Virus record (IMG/VR): IMGVR_UViG_3300042477_000769
Origin: a virus
Taxonomy: Duplodnaviria > Caudoviricetes
Length of the DNA stretch: 64,000 bases
Reading direction: 5' to 3' (one strand)
The notes beneath the pieces are model-generated. The model ran no database searches. It was not told the origin of the DNA and saw only the letters and a program-made list of their open reading frames with translations. Both the position numbers and the translations under genes were made by a program. Below, one piece after another: positions 58,602 to 64,000 of this stretch. Numbering within the stretch: position 1 is the stretch's first letter; the number at the start of each line of letters is the position of its first letter.

Positions 58602-58662
58602 TCCTAGCAATATTTGGATATAAAGGTGCATTCTATAAATCAGATGCCGCTAAAGGATTATT

Positions 58663-59901
58663 ATGGAAAAAATTGCTCAAAAAAGAAGCATTTTAAATAA
58701 AATAAGAGAAAAAACCAATCTTAGTGGGATTGCGACAGAAAATTTCTTTAATCCAGAATTTAAAAAAGTAATGGATAGTTTACGATTAAAGGATGATACC
58801 ATTCGTTCTATTGTAGCGGGCGAAGTAATTGGTGATGGAGACGCTGGAGAAGATTCGGTGGCTCTTAAAACTTTAATTAAATCCATGAATTCTAATATTA
58901 AAAAACGCGAATATATGTCCGCTATCGCTGATTTAGGTAGATTTCATAAAAAGTCCGCTAAAATAATAGACATTATTAATGAATTAAATTTGGATGTCAG
59001 TGCGGTTCATCAAGAATTCTTGTTTAAAGAATTAGGAGATGAGCAAAAAAAATATTTGCAAGAAATTAAAAATCGTTTTGCTAGTACTAATATGACTAGT
59101 ATTAAAACAGCTGGTTTTTTTGATTTATTTTTTGGAACCGAACGAGATCGAGCTTTAGCTGCGTGGGAAAAAAGATATCCTAAACAAATAGGAAAATTGA
59201 AAAAAGATACTGCTGCGATGACAGATAAGTCTGAAACTTTATTAGATTCTATGCTTTCTGCTCTTAAAGTAATGGCCTCTGCCAGGTCGGTGAGAGATAT
59301 TGATAATTATCTCAAAGGAACAGATAAAATAGTAAAAGCATTTAATAATTATGATAAATCTTTTAGAGATTTTTATTTGGCTAATGTCAAAGGATTTTTG
59401 GATAAAGTAGATTTATCTATTCCGGTTCCGCCCACCAAAGTTAAAGAATTAGAGCAACAACCCGTGCCAGCAGAAGCGATGCCTTCTTTAGTTGATAAGC
59501 CTGCTACTATTCCGGCTAAACCTTCTCCTACTGCTTTTGACAATACAGATACCGTGGAAAATAAATCTACAGTAACTACTACTTTGCCAATGAAAGCTGA
59601 AGAGTCGCCGTTATCTACTTGGCAATCTCCAGTAAATTCAGAAGCTGATACTATGCAAGCTCCACCGCCATCTTTTTCTTTAGAAGAAGATGAAGATCCA
59701 GAGTTTAAAAGCGATCAAATAGCTAAAGAACTATGGGGTAAAACCTCTCATCAAAAATTTCTTCATTGCTTAGAAGCCTTAGCTAATGAAGACCCGATGA
59801 TTGTCAAATCCTATATTAAGAAATATGCGACTTTAATACAAAAAACTCAGCCTACTCTTGCTAGCAATTTATTTAAATTAGCTAATACTTCTCGGAGATA
59901 A
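58663..59901 (+). CDS. hypothetical protein, putative head protein
   Basis: 412 aa with two related helical units (KKREYMSAIADL / RSVRDIDNY) and a Pro-rich linker. Confidence 0.7.
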   Translation: MEKIAQKRSILNKIREKTNLSGIATENFFNPEFKKVMDSLRLKDDTIRSIVAGEVIGDGDAGEDSVALKTLIKSMNSNIKKREYMSAIADLGRFHKKSAKIIDIINELNLDVSAVHQEFLFKELGDEQKKYLQEIKNRFASTNMTSIKTAGFFDLFFGTERDRALAAWEKRYPKQIGKLKKDTAAMTDKSETLLDSMLSALKVMASARSVRDIDNYLKGTDKIVKAFNNYDKSFRDFYLANVKGFLDKVDLSIPVPPTKVKELEQQPVPAEAMPSLVDKPATIPAKPSPTAFDNTDTVENKSTVTTTLPMKAEESPLSTWQSPVNSEADTMQAPPPSFSLEEDEDPEFKSDQIAKELWGKTSHQKFLHCLEALANEDPMIVKSYIKKYATLIQKTQPTLASNLFKLANTSRR

Positions 59902-59903
59902 TT

Positions 59904-60899
59904 ATGGGTCAAAGAGTAAAAAGAGTTAGAACTACTGTGTCTGATTCTGAATTAGCTAATACCATGGTAAAAGCGTGGGAAGAACTTTTTAGAACAACTC
60001 CTTCTAAAGAGCAAATTAACATGCTTATGGCTCATAATGCTTTAGAAACGGGTCACCGTAAAAGCATGTGGAATTATAATATTGGAAATATTACTACGGA
60101 TGGTAAGGGTAGTTTTAATTATTTTGATGATTTAACCACTGATGAACAAATTAAACCCGGAAAATGGGAAAAAAGAAATCTTAAATATCGAGCTTATCCT
60201 AATTTATTAGAAGGAGTTAAAGATTATTTAAAATTATTAAGCAATGCTAAATATGCTAATGCCTGGAAACATATTCTGAATCCAGATATTGCTGCCTTTT
60301 CTAAAGGATTAAAAGAATCTAGATATTATACTGCTAATGAAGCTCCCTATACTAAATATTTAACGACTATTTATAATCAATTAGCTAAAAAAGATTTACC
60401 TCTTGAAACATCCACTAAGAATGTATCTAATAAAGATTTTCAATATTATGAAGATGAATTATCCTCTGTCTTAAATCAATATCTGCAAATGGTGGCGGCG
60501 AGCGAAAAAAGCAATAAACAATTATATAAGAAATATTTGCCGCACCATAATTTTTCTATAAAAATAACTTCTAATAATATTTGTGACTCCTCCGAGTATG
60601 CTAGAGTATTATCGGCCGTTTTAGAAGAAGAATTATTAGCTTCAACTGCGATTTATCATCAAGATAATCAGGTAGAGGTAGAGTGTAAAATAATGGGACC
60701 GAAACCTCAATGTTTTCAAGCGGTGGCTCAAATAAATGAATTATTAACTGATACTTTTAAACAAGCTACCCAAAAAATTGGGTCTCCGTATATTTCAGCT
60801 CAAGTAATTAACAAACGTGCTGCGCATCAGCTATTAGATCCCGCTGTAGCTTATGAGTATCACTTGCAATTTTTATCAAAATTTAAGGAATATCCATGA
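59904..60899 (+). CDS. GH73/FlgJ-like glucosaminidase domain plus C-terminal domain
   Basis: ALETG...NYNIGNI...YRAYPNLLEGVKDYLKLL...Y...F...L....YYTA. Confidence 0.7.
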   Translation: MGQRVKRVRTTVSDSELANTMVKAWEELFRTTPSKEQINMLMAHNALETGHRKSMWNYNIGNITTDGKGSFNYFDDLTTDEQIKPGKWEKRNLKYRAYPNLLEGVKDYLKLLSNAKYANAWKHILNPDIAAFSKGLKESRYYTANEAPYTKYLTTIYNQLAKKDLPLETSTKNVSNKDFQYYEDELSSVLNQYLQMVAASEKSNKQLYKKYLPHHNFSIKITSNNICDSSEYARVLSAVLEEELLASTAIYHQDNQVEVECKIMGPKPQCFQAVAQINELLTDTFKQATQKIGSPYISAQVINKRAAHQLLDPAVAYEYHLQFLSKFKEYP

Positions 60900-61315
60900 T
60901 TACTGAAGAATTGGTTCTTGAAACTATAGCCGAATGTAGCAAGGATAAATCCAAAACTATGGCAGAATTTATTGCCACTTTGTTTAAGGACCAATTTGTG
61001 GAAATTTATTTGGGCGATTCTTATGAAGAAGTCAGCACTGAACAAATTTCTACAGCTTATCCGGCAGTATTTTGTGGAAAAGTAGTGGCTGCTTATAGAG
61101 AATGTTTAGTATTAAGTTCTGTATATACTAATAAATCAACTAAATCTTTAGAGTTAGGTAATTTGGTTTTTATTAGTGAGCGAGCTATTCGTGGTTTAAA
61201 TGCCATTGATGGTAAAGGCGTGATGGAAGATATGTTTTTACGAAGTAGTGAATCTTTAGATATCAAGTCTCAATTTATTGATGGTTTGCCACGACCTGTT
61301 AAAAGTAAAAAATAA
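60896..61315 (+). CDS. hypothetical protein, possible Sm-like fold
   Basis: VEIYLG...FCGKVVAAYRECLVL...VFISERAIRGL. Confidence 0.55.
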   Translation: MITEELVLETIAECSKDKSKTMAEFIATLFKDQFVEIYLGDSYEEVSTEQISTAYPAVFCGKVVAAYRECLVLSSVYTNKSTKSLELGNLVFISERAIRGLNAIDGKGVMEDMFLRSSESLDIKSQFIDGLPRPVKSKK

Positions 61316-62043
61316 TGTCTACTGTTAAACAGCTCTTATCTTTGGCCTCTGACTATGCAGACCACTGCCAATGGATAGCTACGGCTAAAATAAAAAAACT
61401 ACCCAATGGTCAATATCGAGTATTATCAGAAAAAGGTAAAAATTTAGGAACCAGTGACACCAAAGAGAAAGCAGAAAAAAGATTACGTCAAATAGAGTTT
61501 TTTAAACATCAAGACCAACATCATGCTGAATCCATGATTGATTTAACCCAAGCTACTGATTTTTCTTTCTCTGCTATTATGAGAGAGTTAAGACAACATG
61601 GTTCAGCTGAACAAGTTAATTATTTTTTAAAATTATTTCATCAAGAGTTTAATCAAGCCTATCGAAAAGAATTGCAACAACCAGAAAAGGTGGCGCTACA
61701 AAACTCATTAACTAAATTTAATAAAAAACATAAAATTAAGGTTAAAGGTAAATTAGTTAAAGCGGCAGCGGTGAGTGAGTTAGGAGACCCGGCTAAAGTA
61801 GGTAAATATTTATCTGATATTGTTAAATTCACTATTAACAAAATACCTCCAGATAAAAGATCTAAAGCTTTAGATAGTTTACGAAAGAAATTTTATGGAT
61901 TAAATGCTAATGAAATAGCGCAAAAGAATCTACCACCTACTTCAGGAATTGGGCAATCTATTACTTTCGTCAAACACGTCTTATTTAATCATAATCCTCA
62001 TTATATTCGTGAAGTTCTCAATAATTTAGTGAGAAACTTATGA
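61315..62043 (+). CDS. hypothetical protein, putative head protein
   Basis: Small basic domain IKKLPNGQYRVLSEKGKNLGTSDTKEKAEKRLRQIEFFK, then helical domains. Confidence 0.7.
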   Translation: MSTVKQLLSLASDYADHCQWIATAKIKKLPNGQYRVLSEKGKNLGTSDTKEKAEKRLRQIEFFKHQDQHHAESMIDLTQATDFSFSAIMRELRQHGSAEQVNYFLKLFHQEFNQAYRKELQQPEKVALQNSLTKFNKKHKIKVKGKLVKAAAVSELGDPAKVGKYLSDIVKFTINKIPPDKRSKALDSLRKKFYGLNANEIAQKNLPPTSGIGQSITFVKHVLFNHNPHYIREVLNNLVRNL

Positions 62044-62795
62044 TTCAAAGATTTAAACAAGTCACTCCTCAGTTATTTCGAGGCAGCGCGCCCCATCCTT
62101 TAGAAGTAATTGAATTAAAAAACAAATTTGATATTAACAAAATTGTTAGTTTGGATCGTAAATCGGGTGAAAAAATTGCTCATATTACTAATAAACTGGG
62201 TATTGACCACATTATCTTACCATTAGAATTAGATAATTTTTTACCTAGTTTATTAAATTTTTTACGATATGATTTAAAAGAATTATTATTAACTAATGGG
62301 CCCACTTTTGTTCATTGTTATGCAGGTAAAGATCGTACGGGATTAGCGGTAGCGTTAGTAGAATGTAAATATTTAGGTAAAAAACCAGAACAAGCATTAG
62401 CTGAGGCTAAAAAATTAGATTTTGGCAAAAATGTTGATCCTAAAGTGATTAAAATATTTGAAAAATTAATTACTTCTTGTCGACCTGTCTCTGATATCAA
62501 TGAGGCAGATATTGTGTCTAATCAAAGAGAATACATAGGTGATTCTAAAGATTCTTTCTTAGATCAAGCTCACCAAGGTTCTTTTGCCCCTCATATTGTG
62601 GATACGAGACAACAGCCAATTGATCCGGTTTATAATTTTATTATGGATCAACCACAAACCCGTCAAAATTATCATCAACCAGTTATTCCTGGTACTTCTA
62701 ATAATGTGATTCCTCAAGTCGGAGTTTATAATAATGATGCTGGAATGCGTGGAGCAGGACCGACAGATAACAATGGTGGATTCATCTACGACTAA
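62040..62795 (+). CDS. Cys-based tyrosine/dual-specificity phosphatase
   Basis: LFRGSAP, HCYAGKDRTG (CX5R). Confidence 0.92.
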   Translation: MIQRFKQVTPQLFRGSAPHPLEVIELKNKFDINKIVSLDRKSGEKIAHITNKLGIDHIILPLELDNFLPSLLNFLRYDLKELLLTNGPTFVHCYAGKDRTGLAVALVECKYLGKKPEQALAEAKKLDFGKNVDPKVIKIFEKLITSCRPVSDINEADIVSNQREYIGDSKDSFLDQAHQGSFAPHIVDTRQQPIDPVYNFIMDQPQTRQNYHQPVIPGTSNNVIPQVGVYNNDAGMRGAGPTDNNGGFIYD

Positions 62796-62831
62796 ATTAG
62801 GCATAAATCAAGATATATAATAACGGAAATT

Positions 62832-63479
62832 ATGAAAATAACTAAAGCTTATGCAGTATCTATGACTTATGAAGTCTCTGATGAAGAAAAGCATCAGGCA
62901 GAGAAAGCTTTAATATTTTTTAACCATGCTATTAAAGTATTAGAGATTGCTAAAGATCATTTAAATATTATGAAGACTCCGTTCAAAGATAATCCCGAAA
63001 TAGAGTCGACAGAAATAATGAAAGTTCGAGCTGCGATGCGAAGATTTAGAGATAAATCTATTGAAAATTTTAATGATTTCAAACGAGAAGGCTTTAAATG
63101 TGTTAATATCATGCAATCTTTTGAATCAGATACTCAGATTGTTAAATTAATTAAATCTTTTATTGCTTCTGTAGATGAATTAGAAGATAAAGTAAATAAA
63201 TTTTCTGGATTATTTGATGATTTAGAGTCTAAATCTTTTTCTAAAGATGTGGTGGGTGCAATTGAAGCGGTGCAAGATAAATGTGAAGAGATTGAAGAAA
63301 TAATTGATGATCGAATCAAAACTCATATTCAAACTAATATTTTAGCTACTAGCTGGATTGATAGTGTGAGTAACAATTATGAGTTAAAAATTGAAAAGAA
63401 AACTCCATTAATTATGGAGCTGTTCAATAAAAGACAAGATCAATTAAATGACGCAATTGTTAACAAAAGAATAAATTGA
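62832..63479 (+). CDS. hypothetical coiled-coil protein
   Basis: 215-aa ORF. Confidence 0.7.
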   Translation: MKITKAYAVSMTYEVSDEEKHQAEKALIFFNHAIKVLEIAKDHLNIMKTPFKDNPEIESTEIMKVRAAMRRFRDKSIENFNDFKREGFKCVNIMQSFESDTQIVKLIKSFIASVDELEDKVNKFSGLFDDLESKSFSKDVVGAIEAVQDKCEEIEEIIDDRIKTHIQTNILATSWIDSVSNNYELKIEKKTPLIMELFNKRQDQLNDAIVNKRIN

Positions 63480-63519
63480 TAGTAATATTGCTATATTGTA
63501 GTAAATAAGTGGAGTAACA

Positions 63520-63666
63520 ATGGGTTTTATTAAACGTGGCGATGGCAAAATACTTTCTGTAGTAGAGCCAGAAGCTGTACCAGAAGAACAAAAAAAAGTG
63601 GCTCAAGATTTAGTTAAAAAAGAAAAAGAGACTAAAGAATCCACTACTAAAAAAATAGAACAGTGA
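63520..63666 (+). CDS. 48-aa hypothetical protein missed by the ORF track (MGFIKRGDGKILSVVEPEAV...)
   Basis: GGAG at 63511-63514, ATG 63520, TGA 63664-63666. Confidence 0.65.
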   Translation: MGFIKRGDGKILSVVEPEAVPEEQKKVAQDLVKKEKETKESTTKKIEQ

Positions 63667-63669
63667 GAT

Positions 63670-64000
63670 ATGCTGAAGACTTGTTGTATGTGTAAAATAG
63701 CTCAAGACACTGATAATTTTTGTCAACACAAAAATAGACCAGATAATTTATCTGATCAGTGCCGACACTGTGCTAAATTATATCGACAACAACATCAAGC
63801 AGATAAAAAGAAATATCCTTCTTCTTCTCTGGAGTATAAAAAAGAATATCGCCATCAAAATAAAGAACGCGCCAACTATTTGCGTCGCTTAAATAGAAAA
63901 AATAATCCAGAGAAACATCGACAATTAGCCAAGTTAAGATATCAAAAAAATAAGCAAAGTATTAGAGAACATCAGAAAAAATATTATTTATCTCATAAAA
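63670..64000 (+). CDS. probable HNH homing endonuclease, 3' truncated by the window edge
   Basis: MLKTCCMCK...NF......SDQCRHC plus basic helix, like the N-termini of 14312 and 15839. Confidence 0.6.
   Translation, partial: MLKTCCMCKIAQDTDNFCQHKNRPDNLSDQCRHCAKLYRQQHQADKKKYPSSSLEYKKEYRHQNKERANYLRRLNRKNNPEKHRQLAKLRYQKNKQSIREHQKKYYLSHK

Noticed and set aside
2173-63319. Other short antisense or nested ORFs in the track (e.g. 2173-2433, 13585-13881, 21503-21739, 45381-45659, 56159-56434)
   Set aside because: Fully inside well-supported genes, with no motifs or RBS
39775-63500. Late-promoter motif like AATA-N5-ATAT in intergenic gaps (58607, 63485, 5649)
   Set aside because: Too AT-rich and variably spaced to distinguish from background by eye
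1-64000. Stop-codon reassignment (code 15 or 4), as in some huge phages
   Set aside because: Conserved genes are full length under code 11, and TAA, TAG and TGA all end genes at tight junctions

Overview
This window looks like 64 kb of an AT-rich jumbo/huge tailed-phage genome read with standard code 11. Almost all genes are on the + strand and tightly packed. The left part (1-38 kb) holds translation/chaperone genes (bS21, peptide deformylase, trigger factor, DnaJ, thioredoxin-like) and replication/recombination genes (SbcCD, dNMP kinase, DnaE-type polymerase, RecA/UvsX, SSB, RuvC, and primase pieces in two distant genes). It also has an MT-A70 methylase, a tnpB-only IS200/IS605 element and a tandem array of eight HREDGPA-repeat paralogs. 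The right part (39.8-64 kb) is a head/packaging module with terminase, portal, a tRNA-nucleotidyltransferase-like fusion, a GH73-like hydrolase and a Cys-based phosphatase. The window is heavily invaded by about 10 homing-endonuclease-like genes and five inteins. The standout observations are: (1) two paralogous LAGLIDADG inteins fused back-to-back in the portal with no extein between them, sharing one Ser; (2) a fractured dnaE joined by a Ser1/Ser+1 split intein around a Vsr-like endonuclease; (3) the repeat-protein array with fixed termini; (4) local G-rich-then-C-rich patches centred on conserved motifs next to homing endonucleases and inteins; (5) a recurrent K-x-A motif at domain boundaries of head-module proteins. 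All calls come from motif recognition by eye; no searches were run. Base counts quoted are hand counts.
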